Positions 40,824 to 50,196 of a DNA stretch of 64,000 nucleotides are shown one piece after another. The translations under genes and the position numbers were made by a program. The stretch's first letter is position 1. Each line of letters opens with the position of its first letter. The stretch spans positions 175,292 through 239,291 of the forward strand of contig OZ244118.1 of NCBI GenBank assembly GCA_965215765.1. Reading direction: 5' to 3'. Origin of the DNA: an uncultured candidatus Porisulfidus sp. GTDB lineage: Bacteria > Pseudomonadota > Gammaproteobacteria > Poriferisulfidales > Oxydemutatoraceae. Below the pieces are notes generated by a model. That model was given only the letters and a program-made list of their open reading frames with translations. It made no database searches and was not told the origin of the DNA.

Positions 40824-40838
40824 CCTTCAGCCTTATAA

Positions 40839-42221
40839 ATGGGAACCGGCATAGGGACACGCAGCTGGGGGGAAGCGTTTAGCGTTTATCGCCAGCCATG
40901 CGTTATTTCCATGCTCTTTCTGGGTTTTTCTGCCGGTGTTCCCTATCTCTTGGTCTTTTCAACCCTCTCAGCCTGGTTAACTGAGGAAGGACTGAGCCGA
41001 ACCGCGATCGGCTTTTTCAGCTGGGTGGGCATCACCTATTCGATAAAAGTTTTTTGGGCTCCATTTATAGATCATTTGCGCCTGCCATTTCTGCATCAAT
41101 GGTTGGGTCGCCGCCGCTCCTGGATGTTGTTGTCTCAGTTATGTGTTGCCGCCAGCTTGCTGTCCCTGACTTTGGTTGATCCGCAGGAAGAATTGGTTCT
41201 TTTTGCCGCGCTGGCAGTTCTGGTTGCTTTTGCTTCCGCGACTCAAGACGTTGTCGTGGACGCTTACCGTATCGAGGCTTCCGAAATACGTTACCAGGGA
41301 GCCATGGCCACAAGCTACATATTGGGGTATCGGCTGGCCTTGCTCAGCTCGGGAGCCGGAGCACTTTTGCTGGCTGATCAGTACGGATGGTCGCTGGCAT
41401 ACACGGCTATGGCGGGAAGCATGCTGGTCGGCATCGTCACGGTGCTGGTTATCGCAGAACCAGGTGGCGACACGAAGAAGTTCCATCCTCGTTCCGAAGA
41501 CCAAGGACATGAATCTCCGGGTCGAGTTGCCAAAAGTCCCGCTGGTTGGGTATTAGGCGCATTGGTCGAACCCGTTTCTGATTTTTTCAGACGCTACGGA
41601 CGACAGGCATTACTGATACTGCTTTTTGTCGGGCTGTACCGTATCAGCGACATCACGTTGGGTGTTATGGCAAATCCGTTCTACCTGGACTCCGGCTACA
41701 GCAAAACAGAAATCGCCGAAGTCAGCAAACTGTTTGGCTTTTTCATGACTATCGCCGGGGCAGCTTTGGGCGGTGTGCTGGTTGTACGCTTTGGCGTGGC
41801 GAAAATTTTGTTTTTAGGGGCACTGCTTATTGCCACCACAAATCTGTTATTTGTCGTGTTGGCGGGTATGGGGCCAGACTTGGGCATGCTCGCCTTGGTC
41901 ATCAGTGCTGACAATTTAAGCGGCGGTCTCGCCACCACTGCCTTTATCGCTTATTTGTCCAGCCTGACAAGTGCGTCTCATACAGCGACGCAATACGCGC
42001 TGTTCAGCTCGCTGATGACTTTGCCAGCGAAGTTCATCGGCGGTTTTTCCGGTCTGCTGGTTGACGGCTTCGGAGGCTACCCGCTGTTTTTTATCTATAC
42101 CGCAGCAATGGGGACTCCCGCCATACTGATTTCTTACTGGCTCTGCCGCGAATCAGCCAAGCAGCAAGCGACTGATGACTCGCAGGCGAAGCTCGCAAAC
42201 ACGATTCACCGAGACCCTTGA
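40839..42221 (+). CDS. ampG: AmpG-family muropeptide MFS transporter
   Basis: 460 aa multi-TM protein. LGFSAGVPYLLVFSTLSAWL.E.G......GFFSWVG..YS.K..WAP..D, typical of AmpG. Confidence 0.88.
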   Translation: MGTGIGTRSWGEAFSVYRQPCVISMLFLGFSAGVPYLLVFSTLSAWLTEEGLSRTAIGFFSWVGITYSIKVFWAPFIDHLRLPFLHQWLGRRRSWMLLSQLCVAASLLSLTLVDPQEELVLFAALAVLVAFASATQDVVVDAYRIEASEIRYQGAMATSYILGYRLALLSSGAGALLLADQYGWSLAYTAMAGSMLVGIVTVLVIAEPGGDTKKFHPRSEDQGHESPGRVAKSPAGWVLGALVEPVSDFFRRYGRQALLILLFVGLYRISDITLGVMANPFYLDSGYSKTEIAEVSKLFGFFMTIAGAALGGVLVVRFGVAKILFLGALLIATTNLLFVVLAGMGPDLGMLALVISADNLSGGLATTAFIAYLSSLTSASHTATQYALFSSLMTLPAKFIGGFSGLLVDGFGGYPLFFIYTAAMGTPAILISYWLCRESAKQQATDDSQAKLANTIHRDP

Positions 42222-42655
42222 TTGCACTTCTGCAAGCGGTGTCGCGTGCATCGCTCCTGACAAAGCAAGGAGACTGTGCCGAAATAGGGCGAGGACTTCT
42301 GGTTTTCCTCGCTGTGGAAAAACAAGACGCTGAACTGGATTGCAAGCGACTTGCAAAGCGCATTCTGTCATTTCGCCTGTTTGCGGACGAGGACGGAAAA
42401 ACCAACCTGAGCGTAGTTGACGTCAATGGTGCGATACTGCTGGTTCCACAATTTACGCTTGGAGCCAACACGCACAAAGGAAACCGACCCGGCTTTGGCA
42501 ACAGTGCTCCGCCAAGTGAGGCGCGGCGGCTTTTTCAACTCACTGCCCGCTTGCTGGACGAAAACGAGCTAACGACGCATACCGGATACTTTGGTGAATT
42601 TATGAGGGTGGAACTGGTGAATGAAGGCCCCACTACGTATCTGCTGAAGAGCTGA
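42218..42655 (+). CDS. dtd: D-aminoacyl-tRNA deacylase
   Basis: 145 aa. MIALLQ.V..A, LLVPQFTL and G.RP.F motifs, ending ...GEFMRVELVNEGPTTYLL. Confidence 0.92.
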   Translation: MIALLQAVSRASLLTKQGDCAEIGRGLLVFLAVEKQDAELDCKRLAKRILSFRLFADEDGKTNLSVVDVNGAILLVPQFTLGANTHKGNRPGFGNSAPPSEARRLFQLTARLLDENELTTHTGYFGEFMRVELVNEGPTTYLLKS

Positions 42656-45055
42656 GCCAAAAAGTGTTGTCTGTATGGGGAATCAAAGTCTGCGGAACAT
42701 CTTGCCGAACTGTGCCGAGCGAGGTTTGGACATCATCTTTCGCACCTTCAGAGATCTGCGCACAAAGGAAACCGACCCGGCTTTGGCAACAGTGCTCCGC
42801 CAAGTGAGGCGCGGCGGATTTTTCAACTCACTGCCCGCTTGCTGGACGAAAGCGAGCCAACTACGCACACCGGATACTTTGGTGAATTTTATGAGGGTGG
42901 ATCTGGTGAATAAAGACCCCACCACGTATCTGCTGAAAAGCTGAGCCAAAAAGTGTTGTCTGTATGGGGAATCAAAATCCGCGGAACATCTTGCCGAACT
43001 GTGCAGAGCGCGGTTTGGACATCATCTTTCGCACCTTCAGAGAGCTGCGCACAAAGGAACCTGACCCGGCTTTGGCAACAGTGCTCCGCCAAGTGAGGCG
43101 CGGCGGCTTTTTCAACTCACTGCCCGCTTGCTGGACGAAAGCGAGCTAACTACGCATACCGGATACTTTGGTAAATTTATGAGGGTGGAGCTGGTGAATG
43201 AAGGCCCCACCACGTACCTGCTGAAAAGCTGAGCCAAAAAGAGTTGTCTGTATGGGAAATCAAAATCCGCGGAACATCTTGCCGAACTGTGCCGAGCGAG
43301 GTTTGGACATCATCTTTCGCACCTTCAGAGATCTGCGCACAAAGGAAACCGACCCGGCTTTGGCAACAGTGCTCCGCCAAGTGAGGCGCGGCGGCTTTTT
43401 CAACTCACTGCCCGCCTGCTGGACGAAAGCGAACTAACTACGCATACCGGATACTTTGGTAAATTTTATGAGGGTGGAGCTGGTAAATGAAGGCTCTACC
43501 ACGTATCTGCTGAATAGCTGAGCCAAAAAGTGTTGTCTGTATGGGGAATCAAAATCCGCGGAACATCTTGCCGAACTGTGCAGAGCGCGGTTTGGACATC
43601 ATCTTTCGCACCTTCAGAGAGCTGCGCACAAAGGAACCTGACCCGGCTTTGGCAACAGTGCTCCGCCAAGTGAGGCGCGGCGGCTTTTTCAACTCACTGC
43701 CCGCTTGCTGGACGAAAGCGAGCTAACGACGCATACCGGATACTTTGGTGAATTTATGAGGGTGGAGCTGGTGAATGAAGGCCCCACCACGTATCTGCTG
43801 AAAAGCTGAGCCAAAAAGTGTTGTCTGTATGGGGAATCAAAGTCCGCGGAACATCTTGCCGAACGTGCAGAGCGCGGTTTGGACATCATCTTTCGCACCT
43901 TCAGAGATCTGCGCACAAAGGAAACCGACCCAGCTTTGGCAACAGTGCTCCGCCAAGTGAGGCGCGGCGGCTTTTTCAACTCACTGCCCGCTTGCTGGAC
44001 GAAAGCGAGCTAACGACGCATACCGGATACTTTGGTAAATTTATGAGGGTGGAGCTGGTGAATGAAGGGCCCACTACGTATCTGCTGAATAGCTGAGCCA
44101 AAAAGTGTTGTCTGTATGGGGAATCAAAATCTGCGGAACATCTTGCCGAACTGTGCAGAGCGCGGTTTGGACATCATCTTTCGCACCTTCAGAGATCTGC
44201 GCACAAAGGAAACCGACCCAGCTTTGGCAACAGTGCTCCGCCAAGTGAGGCGCGGCGGCTTTTTCAACTCACTGCCCGCTTGCTGGACGAAAGCGAGCTA
44301 ACGACGCATACCGGATACTTTGGTAAATTTTATGAGGGTGGATCTGGTGAATGAAGGGCCCACTACGTATCTGCTGAATAGCTGAGCCAGAAAGTGTTGT
44401 CTGTATGGGGAATCAAAGTCTGCGGAACATCTTGCCGAACTGTGCCGAGCGAGGTTTGGACATCATCTTTCGCACCTTCGGAGATCTGCGCACAAAGGAA
44501 ACCGGCCCAGCTTTGGCAACAGTGCTCCGCCAAGTGAGGCGCGGCGGATTTTTCAACTCACTGCCCGCTTGCTGGACGAAAGCGAGCTAACGACGCGTAC
44601 CGGATACTTTTGTAAATTTTATGAGGGTGGAGCTGGTGAATGAAGGCCCTACCACGTATCTGCTGAAAAGCTGAGCCAAAAAGTGTTGTCTGTATGGGGA
44701 ATCAAAATCTGCGGAACATCTTGCCGAACTGTGCAGAGCGCGGTTTGGACATAATCTTTCGCACCTTCAGAGAGCTGTGCACAAAGGAAACCGACCCGGC
44801 TTTGGCAACAGTGCTCCGCCAAGTGAGGCGCGGCGGCTTTTTCAACTCACTGCCCGCTTGTTGGACGAAAGCGAGCTAACGACGCGTACCGGATACTTTG
44901 GTAAATTTTATGAGGGTGGAGCTGGTGAATGAAGAGCCCACCACGTATCTGCTGAATAGCTGAGCCAAAAAGTGTTGTCTGTATGGGAAATCAAAATCCG
45001 CGGAACATCTTGCCGAACTGTGCCGAGCGAGGTTTGGACATCATCTTTCGTACCT
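42470..45055. repeat. Tandem array (~289 bp unit, ~9 units) spanning the convergent 3' ends of dtd and ffh
   Basis: atggg(g/a)aatcaaa anchors at 42675, 42964, 43252, 43541, 43829, 44116, 44405, 44694 and 44983 (spacing 287-289 bp). Each unit holds the dtd tail (HKGNRP.FGNSAPPSEARRLF...LLKS-stop), the spacer, and the ffh tail (...VRKMMSKPRSAQFGKMFR.F-stop, minus strand). Confidence 0.95.
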
Positions 45056-46319
45056 GAGAGAGCTGCGCAATCAAGCGGTTGATATCTTGTAACTGCGTCC
45101 CGGAGCCGGCCGCAATCCGTCGTTTTCGTGAGGCTTTAAGAAGCTCGGGCTTACGTCGTTCCAGAGGGGTCATGGAATCAATCATCGCCGAAAAAACGCG
45201 CATGTCTTTTTCCGCAGATGCCAGCTGCGCCTTGTTCAGGTTTCCTCGACCCATTTGTGGGAGATGAGAAAGCAAAGTCCCCAGACTGCTCTGTTTTCTT
45301 ACCGCTTCAAACTGCTTGCGCAAGTCGTTGAAATTCAATTGTTGCCTGGAAGCCGTCTTCTTAAGGTCACGAGGCTTGGTGGGCATAAGCTGTCGATTCA
45401 TCTGATCCATGAAACCTTTCATATCACCCATGCCAAGCACTCTTGAGGCAATACGGTCGGGGTAGAAGACTTCCATGTCTTCCAGTTTTTCACCGCTGGA
45501 AATCAGCTTTATCGGGGTTCCGGTAACCTCTTTCACTGACAATGCGGCTCCACCTTGTGCGTCTCCGTCTGCTTTGGTCAAAACAATCCCCGTCAGCTTC
45601 AGGTGCCGGGAAAAGTTTTGTACCTCGCTCACCGCACTTTGTCCCATCATGCTGTCCATGACAAAAAGTACTTCGCTGGGCTTGACGTGCTCTACGATGC
45701 CGGACAACTCCGCTGCTTCCCTGTCGCCAATATTGGGGTGGCCTGCTGTGTCCATAAGCAAAACATCTACCAGTTGTTTCCTGGCGGCGGCAAAAGTTTC
45801 CCGAGCCACGTCCGTCGCCGTTTCAAACGGCTCCGGGTCTATAAAGCCGGCATCTGCCTGCTTCGCCAACACCTGTAGCTGTCTGGCAGCAGCCGGACGG
45901 CGCTTGTCACAACTGGTCACGGCAACCAGTTTTTTGTGCCTGTTTTTGAAATGCATGGCAATTTTGGCGCAGGCTGTGGTTTTACCCGAACCTTGCGGGC
46001 CGACGAGTAAAATGACTGCAGGCGACAAAACGTTGGTGTTTAGCGCCACTCGCTTATTCCCTATGAGTGCCGTCAGCTTATCGCGGATCTCTTTTGCCAG
46101 CAGGCTGCCGGGGTTCATTTTCTGAGCAAGCTTCTTTTGCCTGACCGCCACACGGATCTTTTCCGTCAAAGACTTGACAACCGGAAGCGCGACGTCTGCG
46201 TCAAGAAGAACCCTGCGCAATTCGCGCAATAAAGACTCGAGTAACTCGTCATTCAGGCGCCCGCTGTCACGTAGCCGGGAAATCGTTTTGCTGAGCTTCT
46301 CGGTCAGTGCGTCAAACAT
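44991..46319 (-). CDS. ffh: Signal recognition particle protein Ffh
   Basis: 442 aa. NG domain (GPQGSGKTT, DTAG, TKADGD) and a Met-rich M domain. Confidence 0.95.
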   Translation of the reverse strand: MFDALTEKLSKTISRLRDSGRLNDELLESLLRELRRVLLDADVALPVVKSLTEKIRVAVRQKKLAQKMNPGSLLAKEIRDKLTALIGNKRVALNTNVLSPAVILLVGPQGSGKTTACAKIAMHFKNRHKKLVAVTSCDKRRPAAARQLQVLAKQADAGFIDPEPFETATDVARETFAAARKQLVDVLLMDTAGHPNIGDREAAELSGIVEHVKPSEVLFVMDSMMGQSAVSEVQNFSRHLKLTGIVLTKADGDAQGGAALSVKEVTGTPIKLISSGEKLEDMEVFYPDRIASRVLGMGDMKGFMDQMNRQLMPTKPRDLKKTASRQQLNFNDLRKQFEAVRKQSSLGTLLSHLPQMGRGNLNKAQLASAEKDMRVFSAMIDSMTPLERRKPELLKASRKRRIAAGSGTQLQDINRLIAQLSQVRKMMSKPRSAQFGKMFRGF

Positions 46320-46716
46320 CGGGCGTGAACCAATAGTGAAGAATCATGAAAGCAGTTATGCACGGTGATTGGAAAAATAACATCGGGTGGATTGTAGCCC
46401 AGCCCGTTTTCGAAGAGGCATCCGGTGAGTCAAAGGGCGAGGGGAGCTATAGCAGGGAATGAGCCGCCTTGTGCTTGACAGAAACATTCTGACATTTGCT
46501 TCCATAAGCGAATGAGCACCCGGTGCTCCCTGAAATCCTTTTGTCAGCACAGGTTCATGACCTCCATTTCGGCGACCGGGTCGCGACTCGTTCACAAAAA
46601 CATGCTACTATCGTGTGCCGTGCCAAGCGTAACCGAGGAGCGTTGTTCATTCGTCGTCCTGGTTACGTGGTTCAAAACCCCGATATCTACAAAATCAGAA
46701 ATATGAGGAGATTTTT

Positions 46717-48126
46717 ATGTCTGTAAAAGATGCATTGAAGCTTATGGCGGCCAATGAGACTCAGTTTGTAGACCTGCGTTTCACCGACACTCGCGGAAAG
46801 GAGCAACACGCCACCTACCCGGCAGAAGTCGTTGATGAAACATTTTTTCGAGTCGGAAGAATGTTTGACGGTTCATCAATAGCGGGATGGAAAAGCATAG
46901 ATCAGTCGGACATGATGCTGATGCCGGATCCCCATACTGCACTTGTTGACCCCTTCTTCGCGCATCCAACTGTTTCTTTTCGTTGTGACGTTCTGGAGCC
47001 GGGTACGCACAAAGCCTACAAACGTGATCCGCGTTCTCTTGGCAAACGTGCAGAAAAGTATTTGTTGTCAACCGGAATCGCTGACGCGGCCTGGTTTGGT
47101 CCGGAACCGGAGTTTTTTGTTTTTGATTCCGTCGACTGGTCTCTGGAAATGGGGGGAGCCCACTACGAAATCAGATCCGAAGAAGGCGCATGGAGTAACC
47201 AAGGAGACGAAGACGGGTGCAGCACCGGACACCGGCCTTCTGTGAAAGGCGGGTACTTTCCAGTGCCGCCAGTCGATTCATTGCAAGACATCCGCTCCGG
47301 CATTTGTGAGATCCTGAAAAAACTGGGAGTTGTGCCTGAAGTACATCACCACGAAGTCGGGACAGGTGGTCAATGTGAAATTGGTACGCGCTTTGATACG
47401 CTCGTTCGCAGGGGCGACATGAACCAGATTCTGAAATACGTGGTCTTGAATGTTGCGAATGACTATGGAAAAACCGCCACATTCATGCCCAAGCCGCTGG
47501 TAGGGGAAAACGGCAGCGGAATGCACGTCCATGTCTCCATGAGCAAAAATGGAGAGAATATCTTTCATGGTGAGGAATACGCAGGACTCTCAAAAATCGC
47601 CTTGTATTTTATTGCCGGAGTCTTTGAACACGCGCAAGCGGTGAACGCTTTCACAAACGCAGGAACAAACAGCTACAAAAGACTGGTTCCAGGTTTTGAG
47701 GCACCGGTCAATCTGGCTTACTCGCGGCGAAATCGCTCGGCTGCAATACGTGTCCCGATGGTCAATTCCCAGAAGGAAACGCGTGTTGAAGTCCGTTTCC
47801 CGGATGCGCTTGGCAATCCCTATTTGACCTTTGCTTCCATTCTGATGGCAGGTCTGGACGGTATAGAAAGGGAGCTTTCTCCAGGAGCACCAACTGATGT
47901 TGACTTGTATGATGTTTCTGCAAAAAAGAGCAAGAACATCGCCAACGTGTGCGGTAGCCTGCCAGAGGCACTTGCGGCACTGAACAGTGATCGTGAGTTT
48001 CTCAAAAAAGGCAATGTGTTTTCAGATGACATGATTGATGGCTACATCGCATTAAAAATGCAGGAAATAAACCGGTTTCGAGCTTCTACCCATCCCCTGG
48101 AGTTCGACATGTACTACAGTTGCTAA
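46717..48126 (+). CDS. glnA: Glutamine synthetase, type I
   Basis: 469 aa. FDGSSI, GSGMHVH.S and NSYKRLVPG.EAP motifs. The adenylylation-region Tyr context is present. Confidence 0.96.
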   Translation: MSVKDALKLMAANETQFVDLRFTDTRGKEQHATYPAEVVDETFFRVGRMFDGSSIAGWKSIDQSDMMLMPDPHTALVDPFFAHPTVSFRCDVLEPGTHKAYKRDPRSLGKRAEKYLLSTGIADAAWFGPEPEFFVFDSVDWSLEMGGAHYEIRSEEGAWSNQGDEDGCSTGHRPSVKGGYFPVPPVDSLQDIRSGICEILKKLGVVPEVHHHEVGTGGQCEIGTRFDTLVRRGDMNQILKYVVLNVANDYGKTATFMPKPLVGENGSGMHVHVSMSKNGENIFHGEEYAGLSKIALYFIAGVFEHAQAVNAFTNAGTNSYKRLVPGFEAPVNLAYSRRNRSAAIRVPMVNSQKETRVEVRFPDALGNPYLTFASILMAGLDGIERELSPGAPTDVDLYDVSAKKSKNIANVCGSLPEALAALNSDREFLKKGNVFSDDMIDGYIALKMQEINRFRASTHPLEFDMYYSC

Positions 48127-48210
48127 AGCGTCTCTGGCAGACAGCGTTGCAAGCAGAAAGCACCTGCGTCTGCGTGTAACACGAATTCTTGAGCCAGGGT
48201 GCGTCGTCTC

Positions 48211-48745
48211 CCGGTTCTGAACAGGTCAAAAGCACCGCCGCCAATCGGACACTGCTTCTTCCTGATGGCTTCGTCAGAGGCACCCCCCACTCGTCATTTC
48301 GGTCACTCTTGGGTGTTACAGGGTTGGCGCAACGCAGTATTTCCCTCTTTGGCCAATCGTCTGTTTGTCGTGCTGACGATTTTTGCCAGCAGATCTGAAC
48401 AGATCAAAAGCGCCGCCGCCAATCGGACACTGCTTCTTCCTGATGGCTTCGTCAGAGGCTCCCCCACTCGTTATTTCGGTCACTCTTGGGTGATGGGTTG
48501 ACGCAACGCAGTGTTTCCCTCTTTGGCCAATCGTCTGTTTATCGTGCTGACGATTTTTGCCAGCAGAACTGAACAGGTCAAAAGCACCGCCGCCAATCGG
48601 ACACTGCTTCTTCCTGATGGCCCCGTCAGAAGCACCCCCACTCGTTATTTCGGTCACTCTTGGGTGATGGGTTGACGCAACGCAGTGTTTCCCTCTTTGG
48701 CCAATCGTCTGTTTTATCGTGCTGACGATTTCTGCCAGCAGACCG
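48211..48745. repeat. Tandem array (~174-178 bp unit, 3 copies) of glnA-dnaG spacer sequence
   Basis: ccaatcggacactgcttcttcctgatgg occurs at 48241, 48419 and 48593. The same spacer is single-copy at about 53700..53890. Confidence 0.88.
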
Positions 48746-49526
48746 GCGGCTTTTGCCGGCTCGAGGGCATCCTTTACCCGTGAAGGCTTATGCAGCAGGT
48801 ATGTGATGACCACGCGCGCCGAGTTGTACTGGTGTTGCCGGGGTGACTTCTGTGGAGACGCCCGCAACAAAGTCCGGGACGGTCGGAGCGCGAGATCTGC
48901 TGCCGGCTGCCGGCTGCCGGCTTTTTTGGCAAGCTCCTCCGGGAGACAAGTTTTTGAAAATGGTCTTTGGCAACGGGAGAAGCAATTTTTTGGCATGCGC
49001 AACGAGCTGTGTGCAACCTTCCGGATTTTCCAGCAACACGCCTGCCGCAAGATTTTGCAAGGCAAAGCGTGACAGCGGTACTGCCTGGTTCGAGTCAAAT
49101 GCGGATGGCCCTTGCTCCTTCACCAGATCGTCAGGATCCCGGTTTTCCGGAAGCGACAAAAACCGCACATCTTTCCCGTCTTTGAAAAGTGGCAGCAAAA
49201 CCGTGGATGCGGCCAAAGCGACCCGTTGTCCCGCAGCGTCACCGTCAAAGCAGAAGACGATCTCGTCGGACATTTTGAACAGGCTTGATATGTGGTAGGC
49301 GGTTACTGCGATGCCCGGCGTGGCAACGCAGTTTCTCATGCCAAGAGAGGCAAGAGAGACCACGTCCATATAGCCTTTAACCACCCACGCTTCGTTGGAG
49401 CTTTTTATGGTGCTGGCTTCAGGAACCCCATAAAGTTCGCGGCGTTTTTGGAACAACGGGGTTTCGGGAGAGTTAAGGTATTTGGCATGCGCACTCTCAT
49501 CCAGTGCCCGCCCACCAAAAGCAATG
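48720..49526 (-). pseudogene. dnaG internal/3' fragment (frameshifted), fused to a gltB fragment
   Basis: ORF 48788..49687 reads ...IIAFGGRALDESAHAKYLNSPETPLFQKRRELYG...GYMDVVSLA...FCFDGDAAGQR. (TOPRIM region) and then shifts frame relative to dnaG at 54828..56543. Confidence 0.85.
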
Positions 49527-49885
49527 ATGCGGGAGGGGAGAAGCGCGACGTAAAATGCTTCGTTCGGCGCACCAAAGGCAATTTCGGCGCACCGTCTGGC
49601 GATAAAAAGCCGACGTTCGAAGTCTTGGACATCATCATTTGTGCCGTCTCGCTTTGTGGCGCGGCAAAAACACCATGTCAGCAGCAAACAGCTTTGCGAG
49701 CTTCAGTTTTGCTTCTTCTGCTGTGACGCGTAAAAAGAGCTCAGGTTTCTTTAGCAGCAGGCCGCACCCATCGCCAGTTTTTCCGTCTGCCGCAATCGCG
49801 CCGCGATGTGTCAATCGGGACAGGGCTTTGATACCTGTAGTGACCAGGTGGTGGCTCGGCGTGTCATCCCTTATGGGCGATCAGA
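49527..49885 (-). pseudogene. gltB 5' fragment (internally deleted), 5' part of the chimera
   Basis: ...NDD.QDFERRLFIARR.AEIA.G..NEAFYVA.L.SR.IA matches gltB residues near 60640..60760. It also matches 60890..61140 after a deletion of about 140 bp at a short direct repeat. Confidence 0.85.
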
Positions 49886-50196
49886 TCTGCACAGGGCAGA
49901 GGTGTGGGCGTCTCGTTTTGGAGTAAATCACGGCGCGGCACCCGTTTTGCACTGACCGGTCAATGTTGCCGTGTTCCTTGTGCTGGCGTGACGAATTACG
50001 GCTTCCTTCCTGAAAACGCGTGGTACTATAAGCCGGCACGGAACAGCCAACGGAGTTCCGCTCGGAGACGGCGTTCGCTTCTGCCGCCTTGGTAAAGAGG
50101 CGGAGCTTTCGGGTGACAGTGGTTGGAGGGGTGCTTCGTGAGTGTTTTTGTATTTTGATTGAGCTTTGACTTGGCTCGGAGCGGAGGGACGTACTT

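Noticed and set aside
42675-44879. Series of nearly identical 61-aa ORFs (MGNQN.RNILPNCAERGLDIIFRTF...)
   Set aside because: They are artefacts of the 289-bp array. Each reads antisense through the ffh tail copy and then out of frame through the dtd tail copy.
5455-45055. Possibility that the regular arrays are CRISPR loci
   Set aside because: Whole units repeat with no unique spacers. The units are 97-331 bp and derive from neighbouring genes, and no cas genes are present.
45475-46125. 216-aa plus-strand ORF
   Set aside because: It is antisense to ffh.
46356-46716. Sigma-54/NtrC-type promoter upstream of glnA
   Set aside because: I looked for TGGCAC-N5-TTGCA and found no convincing match by eye, so it is not reported.
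48316-49098. 260-aa minus-strand ORF
   Set aside because: It is a read-through of the spacer-derived repeat units into the frameshifted dnaG fragment. It is not an independent gene.
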